Shown: positions 34,338 to 45,906 of the stretch, piece by piece
Position numbering within the stretch: position 1 is the first letter of the stretch
Layout: the number at the start of each line of letters is the position of its first letter
Assembly: GCA_001179505.1 (NCBI GenBank)
Contig: CDMY01000878.1
Coordinates: 62,001-126,000 of the forward strand
DNA length: 64,000 bases
Source of the DNA: Vitrella brassicaformis CCMP3155
Taxonomy: Eukaryota; Protista; Chromerida
Reading direction: 5' to 3'
Notes under the pieces: generated by a model
Databases searched by the model: none
What the model saw: only the letters and a program-made list of their open reading frames with translations
What the model was told of the DNA's origin: nothing
Translations under genes and position numbers: made by a program

Positions 34338-35859
34338 ATGAGGCTGCTGCAGTCAGCTCAGGCATTCCAAAGGCACCTGCCATCGCACCCGCTGCTGCGC
34401 AAACCGTCCAACCGCTCACCACTTTCTGTCCGTCGCGCAATGGAGATGTCGTTGAGTGACCAGCGGAGATCTGCCTCCGCCTGGCTGGCGGACGGAACCG
34501 CGCCGCGCATTCGTGTGCTGGACAGCTTCACAACAGGTGAAGAGCCTCACTCAGACATTCATCGGTAGATCCGTGAATGTGTGTATTTGTGTGTGCAGAT
34601 GCGGGCACTCTGTCGTGGGGTCCTGTGGAGGCGTTGGGTGATGTGAAGATATGGCCGCGGACGGCGCCCGAGGAGGTGGAGGAGAGGATACGCGACGCAC
34701 ACGTCATCCTCACCAACAAGGTGCCCATGGACGAGGCTACTATGAACCTGGCGCCCTCTCTCTCATACGTCGGCAAACTCGCCACAGGTATTCAGCACAC
34801 CACCACAGGCACTACAGACAGCAGACAGATAGCCACATACACACACCGCTCTGCCGCATCTCTCTGTTGTCTGTCCTACCTTCTGCCATCGTCCACCAGG
34901 TTACAACGATGTCGACCTGAACGCAGCCAAAGACCGGGGCATTGCAGTGAGCCATCCACTCCATCCATCCATCCATCCATCCATCCATCGGCCAAAGGTG
35001 CGCTTCTCATCTCATTGGTTGCTCGGCTGGTTGTGTGTCAGGTGACGAACGTGCCAGCGTATTCGACCATGTCAGTGGTGCAGCTGGTGTTCGCCTTCAT
35101 GCTGCAGCACTGCGTCGATGTGACCTCCCACGCAGAGTCGGTCAGGCGGGGCGAGTGGGCCTCGAGCGCCGACTTCTGCTACACACTGCGGCCCGTCCCA
35201 GAGATCAACAAGAAGACCCTCGTGATCGTCGGCACTGGCTCCATCGGCTCCGCTGTCAAGACCGTCGCTGAGGCCTTCAACATGCGGGTCGTTTCAGCAC
35301 AGGTACGTTCACATCCACAGACACACACACATACACACACACAGGGTTGATGGATGCCGGCCATGTCCTGTAGGTGCCCGGCCGGCCGGCGTCTGCTGAC
35401 CGAGTGAGTCTGGACGAGGCGTTGCCGCAGGCCGACTTCATCACGCTGCACTGCCCCCTGACGGCCGCCACCAACATGCTCGTCAGCGATGACTTCCTCA
35501 GCAGATGCAAACAGGGCGCCGTGCTCATCAACACGGGACGCGGCGCACTCCTTGACGAAGCCGCAGCTGTGAAAGCGCTCGACTCGGGTGCGTGCCTTCA
35601 TTCATCAACACACACAATCACACACAGGCCAAGAGCGCGCGTGTTGATGTCAGGTCGGTTGGGCGGTGTGTATGTGGATGTGCTGGCCAAGGAGCCGCCG
35701 AGAGATGGCGCGTCGGCCGAGCTCATCAAGCACCCCAAGGCCACGGTGACACCCCACATAGGGTGGATGTCTGTCGAGGCGCGCACACAGCTGATCACCG
35801 AGGTGGCGCAGAACGTCCAGGCCTTCATCAAGGGCGACAAGAGGAATCGCATTGTATAG
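34338..35859 (+). CDS. D-isomer-specific 2-hydroxyacid dehydrogenase, glycerate dehydrogenase/hydroxypyruvate reductase (bacterial HprA-like), with N-terminal presequence
   Basis: [34 protein letters not shown], Rossmann GTGSIG, LHCPLT, INTGRG, KEPP and TPHIGW, so the catalytic Arg/Glu/His are present. Leader MRLLQSAQAFQRHLPSHPLLRKPSNRSPLSVRRA is Arg-rich and acid-free. Confidence 0.92.
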
Positions 35860-36516
35860 GCTGACTGAGTGGCTTGTTTGCTTGTTTCTGCTGAATCGTG
35901 CGTCTGTCGATCGCTTCGACGAGCGCTTGTTTGTGGACGTAGTGTGGTTGAAACCAAGGACGGCCTTTGGAGTAGGCGGCTCCATCGGGTTCGACTGCGT
36001 AAGCCATCACCGACGAGTGTGATGGTTTTCGCTATCAAACTCGCGTGTGTCGGTTACTCTAAGGCCGTCTGGTGTTGGTGAAACGGCATGTGAGAGATTT
36101 TTTGGTGAAATGGCGATTGTGACTTCTTTTGATCTATAGAATGGCCATTCACGGATGCGACAGAGTCATGCATGAACACTCTGTGCCGCACGCAGCCGTG
36201 AAAGCAACCCCCTTCTCCACCCCACCCCACCCCACAAAGAGAATGCGATACACACATACACACACACATGCACACACACAGACACACAGACACAGAGAGA
36301 TGTAGGAGCTAAAGAAAGAGCTGCCTGCCATAGAGAGAGACGTGTGCAAAGCTGCGAGGATGCGAAGTCCCTCCCTTGTTTTTCGATATGAGTGAGGCAG
36401 GTCTGTCTATTGTACACACACGTACACATGTACATGGAGGCATTCACGGACAAACGACGGCGGAAGGAAGGGGCCGGGGGGGCGGTGGGGGAGAGGTGTT
36501 GACATCGTAGGATGGA

Positions 36517-37448
36517 TCACATGCTGCACCCATCAGAGACACATCCCGGCATCCATCCATCCATCCATCCATTGGGCAGCGAGACCCGACTGCGTGTGCA
36601 TGTGTCTCCTTCTATGTATCTTTGTTTGTCCACTCACTCTCTGTCGGACATGAGCTCCTTGTTCCGCGTGATTCCATGGCCGTGGTTCACACCAAACCTC
36701 TCCAAGGACCTCCTGCACACACACACACAAACACGTCTCCCCGTTTCCCTTATGGTAGGCACCCCTGCACCCACCTCCAGCCGAGCTGATTGACCGCAGG
36801 TTGAGGTAAAGTCGGCGTATCAGGCAGAAGTAGCATGGTGACAGAGTAGCAGGTGAGTGACCAGTAGATACACACACACACACAACGGAGACACGTGTGT
36901 GTATGCGTACTTGCAGTGAATTGATGATCGATCCATGGTGATATGCTTGCATTGCCTCACACGCCGATTACCTTTACCTCTTGGCTAGTGGTCATTGGCC
37001 GCCTGAGTTTCTCCTTTGGCGTCTTGGATGCTATCATCTGGTACCTGAACCGACCGTGGTGCATCAGCTTCGCCAACTCATCCTCGGGGATGCTCGTCGA
37101 TTCCACACGCAACTACACACACACACACACACACACATCCACGCAGTGTACGGTGTCTCTGCTGGCATACAACGTACGTACGTCTGCTCTGTTGTAGGTG
37201 GAGCCCAGGGTGAGTGTGGCTCCCTCGCCGGTGAGCTGTCTCGCTGCCCCCACGAGTGAGGGGCGCGACTGTAGGTACGCCGGCCGAGATCTGGGCGGTG
37301 GGTGGGGCCTGGCACACACAGTACAAACACACATGGAAGGTAGCGCTGCTTTCTCCTTCTTGTCATCTCTCAAGTGCCGATATGAGGATCCAGCGGACCT
37401 TGGCAGTGCCTGCAGGACATTGCCGCGTTTGGTTTGTACTGCTGTCAT
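36517..37448 (-). CDS. Small (about 135 aa) protein with a ciliary microtubule-inner-protein-like motif (FAM183/CFAP144- or LLC1-like)
   Basis: Six minus-strand exons, including an 11-nt microexon (36785-36775), give ...LAKLMHHGRFRYQMIASKTPKEKLRRPMTTSQELGWRRSLERFGVNHGHG...SDRDM*. The P.TTSQE.GW motif is typical of MIP families. Start could be ATG 37448 or 37574. Confidence 0.6.
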
Positions 37449-37884
37449 TGCAGATGGTGGTGGTCGGGTATGTAAGTATGTTACCAACCTACCAGTAGGA
37501 ATCCCCAGCTGTCGTGCCACTCTTTCTGCAGTTTCAGCTCCTTGCCCACACGCTGCGCCCAGATCTGCACACATAGTAAAGCAGAATCGCCACCGGAGGA
37601 GAGAGGCATGGCTCCCACACCTGTCGACTTACCGCCTGTTCATGGACGATATTCTTCAAGCGAGGGTCGCCGCCCTTGACTTCAGCGCTCATCTCTGCCC
37701 AAATTGCCTCTGCGTTCTGTGCTCTTTTGCAGTGCAAGCTCGGCGTCTGAGCGTGGGGGCCACGACAGCGCCCCCAGTCCCAAGTCGGGTGTAGATGGAG
37801 ATCTGTGCCCTGGAACAACAGTATCTGAGCTTTTGGAGCTGAACGTTCTCTGGTCCTCGCCGTTCTCTTCATCGAGCAGCAATT

Positions 37885-40800
37885 ATGGTATTGCTCCGTC
37901 TGAGCGTCAAAGGCAACGGTCTCCGACCAAGGCATCTCGAGAACCTCCTCGCCATCACCGCACTGCACGACGGACTCGTCAGCCGTAAGGGAAGAGATAA
38001 CTTGCAAAGGACCTCTTTCTTCTTTCATTCATTCCTTTCCTTGCATCTCTCAGTGAGCCTGAGCACCAACCTGCTGTCGACGTATCCACGGGGCGTCGGG
38101 GGCGTGGTGCGCGAGGCCGCTCATACGGCTGCTGATGGCGGCCCGGGCGGCACCTCAGCTCCCGACGCATCGGGGCACATAGCGGTGCTGGCGGATGTGA
38201 TAGGGAGGCTGCGGGCGCTCGACCTGTCGGGCAACTACCTCACGGAAAAGGGCGTCAGGGTGAGGAAGCCACCCGACCAGACACACAAACAGCTTTTGCT
38301 TTGTTGTGTCATGTGGGTGCGTGTGTATGTGTGTGATGGCAGGATTTGTTTGAGCTGCTGCTGAGCAGGGACAGCCAGCTGTGGGACCTCAATCTCGCCA
38401 GCACACAAGTATGAACAAATGGGATGCCATTCATTTGCAATGGACACAGGTTCATCGGTGCGTTTGTGTGTGATCGGTCAGCTATTTGATGGGATGTCGG
38501 CCCTGGGTCAATACTTGGCCACGCCGCAGTGCCCGCTCTTCAAACTGGTTGGCATGGCACACGTGGGTGCCTTCACTCATCCCCCTCTCTCATTTGTATG
38601 TGCTGCATGCCTTTTCTTGCCGGCAGGACCTCAGCTACAATTTCCTAGCCACCGAGACCTTCAGGTGCGGCGCCCTGCTGCTGACGGACGGCCAAAGAGT
38701 GTTAGCTATACCGTCCCGTTAATTTTCCTATGGCAGGACTCTGGTGGCTGCACTGCGCCAGAACCGGCAGCTCCGGATACTAAAGCTCGGTCAGAAGATT
38801 GTTTCTGACAATAATGGCTGTTACCGTGTCTCCCCCTTTTGGTGTGCAGTGCATTGCGGCCTGAAGGAGGACAGCATCAGGATTCTTGCTAACGCAGGTG
38901 GGCAAGAAAGACCCACCGGGGAATCTTGATGAAGACTGCCTGGCCGCTTATCATTTCCGCCATGGATCAGATCTGACCCACTGCGGGCTTCAGTCCCTCA
39001 ACCTGGAGCGCAACCGGCTGGGCCCCTCCGCCATGCTGCCTCTCGCAAAGTGACTGACTGAGTCATCAAGAAATAAGACAGAGACAGCCAAGCCATATAC
39101 ACCTGCGCTTCTTTCTCATCCTCAGGGCCTTGACGAGCCCGTGGGGCCAGCAGACGCTGGCGCACATCAACCTGTCGCACAACGACCTGTCTGACCCCGA
39201 CCGGCACCTCGCTGAGGCGTTCGAGAGATACCCTCCAGAGGGCTCTGTCAGACGACTTGAACTGCGGAACACACGGCTGGCATTCGACGCTGATGTGCGT
39301 GAGTACTCATTCACTCATTCACACACACACATGGACGAGTGTGTGGCCGGCCAGAGGACTTACTGTTTGCTCGGCTGTGTGTGTGTGCAGCTGGTGGGTG
39401 TGCAGCCGAGCATTGTGCGGGCGCTGAGGACGGGCACGTCGTAAGTGACGCTAGCTAGAGGGGCGCCTGTCCGTGAGTGCGTATTTGCTCACTCACTCTG
39501 ACTGGCAGGGTCTCGTCCCTCGACGTCTCGGAGAACGACTTCTCTCCCGCCATCGTACAAGCGGTAAGAAGGCAGGAAGAGTGGCAAGAGCACACCATAA
39601 GGGTCTTTGCCTGCCTTCATTGCCTCAGCTTGCCAAGGGTGCCACCCACTTGACCGAGCTGACGTTCAATAAGACGTCCAGAGGTGAGTGGGAAACGGGA
39701 GACGGGACTCGCCCACAGCCTCCTTGTCTGTCTGCCTGTCTGCCTGCCTGGTTGTCTCAGCGATCTTGTTCATTGACGGGCTGAAGAAGGAGCTCTTCAC
39801 CTTCCCCACAAAGGCATACCAGCTCAACAAACTGTCCCTCGTGAGTCGCACCCAGTCGACAACAATTAGACCAGCGACTGTGTTGTGCTGTTTGTGTCTG
39901 GCCATGTAGAGTGGGTGCGAGTTGCGAGACGAGGGCGCCTCGCTGTTGTCGGATGTGCTGCTGGCCAACCAGAAGAGGCTCAAGAGCCTCTCATTCGACC
40001 CGCAGGCCCCACCCAGATCTGACGCGCCTCCAGCTGCCAAGGGTGCTCCTGTCAGTTCACCGCCTTCAGCTCGGACGACAGCGTAAGAAGAAGCACACAG
40101 ACCACGAACAAAGCGCCGCTTGAGTGACCTTGCTCTATATGTGTCCTTTCAGGGAGCAGCAGACGAGCCAGCCGAGTGACGCTGATGCGCGAGCCACGAT
40201 TGGGGAGGCGGGCGGCCCTGAGGCCACCACTGACGATGGCGCTGCTGCTGCTGCTGCTGCTGCTGCTCCTGGTCCGGCATCTTCATGGTCAGCCCTCGAG
40301 TGGTTCTCTAACGCGCTATCGCAAGGCGCCCGAGTGGCCTCCCACTCCATTCAGGTGCTCAGCCTCTCACACAACGGCATCACGGCCAGGGGTCTGCTGC
40401 GGCTGCTGAGATGGGTCAAGGACAACAGGCACCTCAAGGTGCTGCAGCTATCGCACAACAAGCTCAAGACCGAGGGAGCCAAGTACCTCGCCGCCATGCT
40501 CAAGGACATGACCGAGAACGGCATGACCTACCGCCTTAGCTACCTGGGCGTCGGGAGCTGCGCCCTCGGGTCACAGGGAGCGTTGTCCCTCGTCCAATCG
40601 GCCGCCCCGAGCCCGGTGCAAAAGCTCGACATCAGCGGCAACTTCATCGATGACTCCGTCGTTCCCGCCATGTGTGCGGCTCTCGCCCCGCCAGCCGAGC
40701 CATCGCCGCCCACAAGTCCCGGCAGGAGCAAACCCTTTGCACCCCTGCTCGCACTGGACGTGTCGGGCAATCCGGGCATCTCACCGACCGGTGTGGAGGC

Positions 40801-43800
40801 CATTGCGGCGATCGCCTTGGCGGCGGCGAGCCCACAGCCCTGGAGGTATCTCGGCATGAGGGACCTGCGTCTGGACGCCAAGAGTGCTGCACAGATCCTG
40901 TCAACCATCAGCTCGCTGTGGGTGGGCGCCCCCGACGCACCCCTCGTCGTCACCCCCAAACCAGTCACGAGCAACGTCGACCAAGACGACCATCGGGAGA
41001 CAGGAGACGACGTGACGGGTGAATTGGGGAGAGAGCTGGAAGGGCTGATGAAGAGGGATCTGTGGGGCGAGAGCTGGGGCGAGGGGGAGCTGGAGGCGCT
41101 GCTCAGCGATGAGGAGGTCGGCCGCGGAATGGCTGGGGGCGGCGATGTGGACGGCGAGAGAGTGCATCAGCCGCTGCAGATGACGCTTGACCTTTCCGGC
41201 AACGAGCTGCACAGGATGGGACCTGTTGCTGACCTGCAGCACCTGCTCGGGTGACTGACTACACATCAAGATGACACTAAGTAACGAAGCTCCGTCTTTG
41301 CCCCCTTGCTTGTTCTGTCAGGACGCTTCACAGCTTCCCCCAGGAGATGATCTGCCACCTCTCCCTCGACTCCTGCCGCCTGGCGCCCCTCCTGGCCGAC
41401 TCCTCTCTGGCCCACCCCTCTTTCATCAACCAGCAGCCCTCCGGCATTCTGTACCGTGCTCCCCCTCCCCCCTCCCTCCTCCGCAGCATCGCAAGCAGCA
41501 CCATAGCCCCCCCTGCAGACAGAGACGGGGACCGGCCGCCCTCGCCTCTCATCCCGCCCACTTCACACACGTCGCGGCAAGACACACTTCCCAAGATCCG
41601 GGCCCACCTGAAGGAGGCGGTGCACGTGGCCTCGATGACATCGCAGAAGCCCTACCACTGGATCGATCGCAATGGCCGGGTGTCCACCATGCCTGTCCCC
41701 GCCACGCCTCATCGGGTGCTCATCGACCTCGGCCACGTGCCGCCGAGGAGGCGGGTGCAAGTGCTGCCGGACAACAGCGCCGACACAGCTGCTGTAAGTG
41801 ACGTCAAGGACAAGACCTCGGCGCGTCAGAGCCCGTTTCGGCGGACGAGCAGAGTGACCACAGCCACCACAGCCGGAACGACGCCACTCAGCCGTCCGTC
41901 GCCCGGAAGGTCGTCGGCTGCGCCACCCGCCCCTGCCCCTCCGTATGCAGCCCTCAGGTCGCCCCTCGCCAGGACCGTCCCCGCCCCAACACAGGACAAG
42001 AGGCAGTCGCCACCCCTTTTCGTGCCCATCTTCTCTCGGATCAGCCTGCCGGCGACCGACCGCCCCAAGACGCCCACACGCGTCATCACGCTGATCCCCC
42101 CCAGCCCCACACCGAAGAGCAGGCCGACGTCTCGAGCACGGCTGGTCGGCTCATCTGTCCGGCTGTCTGGCGCACACACGCCGGTCAGCGATTCCCCTGC
42201 GTCAGCGAGAAGGCGCAGAGGTGCGCCGATCGAGCCATGGGACAACAGCACCAAGAGCAGATCGCCATCCCGAAAGAGAGGCCCTCACGAGGGCGAGCAG
42301 CCCACATGGAGGTCTCCCTTGTCCGCGGCAGATGGGTCGCTGGATCTCAAGTGCGAGGGCGTAGTGATGGACGCCATCAAGCTGAGAGACAGCCTTATTC
42401 CTCTGGTGGATGACACCAAGGGCGGGCCGCCGGGGGGCTATGCAGGGCTGCTGGGGGGAGTGGTCGGGGGGATGGGGGCGTCTCTTGCTGGGCCTGTTGC
42501 TGGCTCGCTGCGGTCGATGGTGCTGAGGAGGTGTGAACTGGACGATCGTGCCGTCAAGGTAGGCATCTGCCTGGCCGCTCTTCGCAGAGAAGGCACATTC
42601 GTTGCTCTCTTGCTTTTTTCCCAGATGCTTTGTGACTGCCTACGAGAGTTCCCCTCCCTCACAGCTCTCGACATCTCTCAGAACAAGGTAGGTATCGACA
42701 TCCCCTCTCACACACGATAACGATCACATCGCTCCCTGTCTGTTTCCTCTAATTGACCAGATCGGCCATCTCGGCTGCCGGTCTCTTCGCGCCGTCCTCA
42801 GCGAGGGCACGAGGGACCTCCGGGCCAGCCAGACCTGCCTCAGCAATGAAGAGCGGCGCGACCGCCTCAGCGAGACCCTTACCACGTCTTTGCTGGAGAG
42901 CGCCATCGACGAGCCGCCGCCTGAGTCGAGGATGGGTGAGGTGCGGGCCAGGACGCGGCCCTCGACGGCGAGGTCGACAGAGGGGAGACGGGTGGGGAGG
43001 TACGTCCACGAAGACACGGGGTACCCGAGGCTGAGAGAGCTGAGACTCGACGGCAACTCCATCCGCGCCAATGGGCTGCAGAGCCTCTTTGATGTGAGCT
43101 GACCTGACCTGACCACAAAGGGAATGGGCCTCCCTCCATGTGTGCTGTGCTGTCTTGTCTGTGTGTGTCCTGACTGACAGGGAATCTTGCTGGCGATGCA
43201 TGGCCCGAGGGGGCCGAGCCTTCGGTTCCTGAGCGTGTGTGACAACCAGATCACCTATCCCGGCGGCTTCCTCGCCGCCAAGTTCCTGTCCTTCCCGTGC
43301 TGCCCACTCCTCTCATTCGAGATGGCATCAAACCCCATCGGCGCCACCGGCATCGTCGCCATCCTCCAGGTGGTGGTGGGGTGTGGGATGGGGTGGCCTC
43401 ACACGCCGAACATCACACACGTGCAGTGCATGCCTCTGTGTCTACCTCTCTGTGTGTGTGTGATGCAGACGGTTGCATCGAACCCCCGCCTGCAGGAGGT
43501 CGATCTGTCCTTCTGCGGAGGTGCGTGAGTGAGTGAGTGAGGCAGAATGGGATTGACGCGGCGGAGTGCGTGGCTGTGTCTCGTTTCTTCGTTCGTTGAT
43601 TCATTCAGCTGAGCCGTTTGTGGGCTTGCACATAGCTGACTGTCTCAACGGCCGCTCCAGGTAGTCTGTCTCCCTAATGACATACATGGCTGGGGGCTGT
43701 TTGATGGAGAGTGTGCCTGTGTGGCTGCAGCTTGCGACGCTTGCGGATGCTCGACCCCTCCCTCACAGATGTAAGCTACGTTGTAAGCTCTCATGACTTG

Positions 43801-43998
43801 ACTTGCATGCTGCTCTCACTCGTCTCGTGGACGTATGTCTGTCTGTCTGTCTGTCTCTGGCTGGATGTGTGTGTGTGTGTGTGTGTGCAGGATCCGTCTC
43901 ACCGTGAGCTGTTGCTGCCGTTCATACGGGAGGGGCGCTTCGTGACCACGTCACTGCAGCATGGACATCACACCCTTCTGCATCATCATCGCAGATAG
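37885..43998 (+). CDS. Large RNI-like leucine-rich-repeat protein with a central Pro/Ser/Arg-rich disordered region
   Basis: LxxLxLxxNxL motifs recur across about 20 exons (LRALDLSGNYL, LQSLNLERNRL, IQVLSLSHNGI, LKVLQLSHNKL, LTALDISQNK, LRELRLDGNSI). The last exon ends HHHRR* at 43998. The 5' end is uncertain; exons near 37641-37788 are possible. Confidence 0.85.
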
Positions 43999-44635
43999 AC
44001 GTTGAGGGAACGGCAAGTGGTGGTGGTGGGTGTGCTTATTTGTAAGCCAGAGAGTGTCGCCGAGGGGCGACGGACGGACGGGGCCGGTCGATGACCGTCT
44101 GTGTCTGTGTGTCTGTTGTATTCTGAGCGGACCGATCACCCTCAACGGCCAATGAGTGTGTTGGGTGATAGCACCCACACCATCACCGTCTGTCCAGATG
44201 GTTCAATCCACCCTGCTCCCTCTCCTCTCCTACCACCATGACATGAGTCGTTCACCGGACCAGTGAGTCAGACAGACTCGTTTGCGTGAGAACGCACGAC
44301 CCCCAGGTCAACCACCGATTTGATCCCACAGACGCTCCACACGCCACGGAATCAACAGAGAACAACCGTCCCGCTGCAGATGGAATGCGCTACCTCGGTG
44401 TGGTCATCGGCTGTCGTGTTGCCTCATACCGCAGCGCCTGAGCGAGCTCCAGTCACGTGTTCACAACAGCGACCAAACGAGCAGACTCAAGTGCTTCGGC
44501 TTCAGACAACACGACCGCCTCCAACACCACACCCACACCAACACTGACTGACGCAAGACTGACTCGGAAAAGAAAAACCCGGTGAACCAACACAAGACGA
44601 CACTACTCGACTCAACTGAACAAGGCAGCCGGTGG

Positions 44636-45744
44636 CTACGCCTCCTCCCTGCCTCTCTTGTGCCCCTTGCCGCCCTCCCCCGCCGCCATGGCCAGCTCCT
44701 TGGCCTGCTCCGTCTGCTCCCGCAGCTGCGGCGTGGCGTACTTCTCCAGCAACGCCTGCTTCTTCTTCTCCAAGATCAGCTCCTTGATCTCATCGCTCGT
44801 CGGCACCGCCACATAGGCCTTGAAATCGGCGGCCGCTGCAGATGAGGAGGGTGGGGGCTGGGAGAGATCGGGGTCGAGGTCGAGGGATTCGGAGGCCACC
44901 TGGGCGAGTGTGTCGTGCAGTGAGGACGGCTGGCTCGACTGGGCCGTCTGGTGCTCGGTGCGCCACTTCTCAACGGCATCAGCCTACACACACACACACA
45001 GCAACAGACGGATGACGACATTTGCCCCCCGGGTGTTTGTTTTCGGTTCATTCATTCATTCATTCTCCCTCCCTCACCCTGAGCTCAGCTTCTTTGGCCT
45101 GTTCGGCCAGCAGGATGGTGGCGTCCTCCTCGTCCCGCCAGCCATAGTAGTCGGGTGTGATGCCGCGGTAGAGTTCGGCACGCAGCCGTTTCGGTGCCCG
45201 CGACCCAGCGTCCTTCTCGAAGAGCTCCCGCACCCCGGGGAGGTCCTTGGCGGCACCGAAGTACTTGTACCCGCCGTGCCCGGTCAGCTCAAAGCCGTGG
45301 GCGTCCAGCGCTCGAGGGGCACTTGCCTTGTAGTCGGGACCACCCAACTGAGGGGATGAACGGCACACGGCGTGGCAGGAACACACAGGCAATGCATGTG
45401 TGGACGAGTGTGCGTCGTGTCGGTGAGATCTTCTTTCTCCCCTGCGCGCAGGTACCTACCTGTTTGATGCGTTCCTCCCAGTGGTGTCTCTCCCTCAGCA
45501 GCTTGTTGATCTGGTCATTGAGATCTCGCAGCCGGTGCTCGCCCAGGCCGGCGTTCTGGATCTCCTGGATTCTGCGTGAGGTCTCCTTGACGATCTGCCG
45601 CCGCCAGAACTCGCAGTCCTCGACGTTGCTGCATTGGGTGGACAGCCGCGGCCGCCTGCCGGCAGTCACGCCCTTGGAGATGCCCGACTTTAGGCTCACC
45701 CATCGATTCAGCATCGACTGGGCCTTCTCGGCGTTACGAGCCAT
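44636..45744 (-). CDS. ISY1: Pre-mRNA splicing factor ISY1 (NineTeen complex)
   Basis: MARNAEKAQSMLNRW, IQNAGLGEHRLRDLNDQINKLLRE, LGGPDY, GYKYFGAAKDLPGVRELF, YYGWRDEED, VPTSDEIKELILEKKKQALLEKY; two GT-AG introns. Confidence 0.97.
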
Positions 45745-45906
45745 GGTGCTGGTGAGGGTAGATCAGAACAAGAGAGGCAAGAGGCTGCTGTGGATGCTGG
45801 CTTGACGGATCTGCACGAAGAGGACGCCGACTTCACGCGTCAGAGACCGTCGTTGACAGCGCTATGGGGAGGGAGAGAGGAGGAGCTCGTTCTTGCAAGC
45901 TCGCCA
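45745..45906. promoter_or_regulatory. Putative bidirectional promoter (ISY1/DASS), 162 bp, AGCTCGC at 45898-45904
   Basis: Short gap between two well-supported divergent ATGs; motif seen directly. Confidence 0.55.

Noticed and set aside
37468-37479. U1 snRNA 5' end (ATACTTAC on the minus strand)
   Set aside because: The match ends after 8 nt (ATACTTACATAC, not ATACTTACCTG), with no U1 stem-loops or Sm site.
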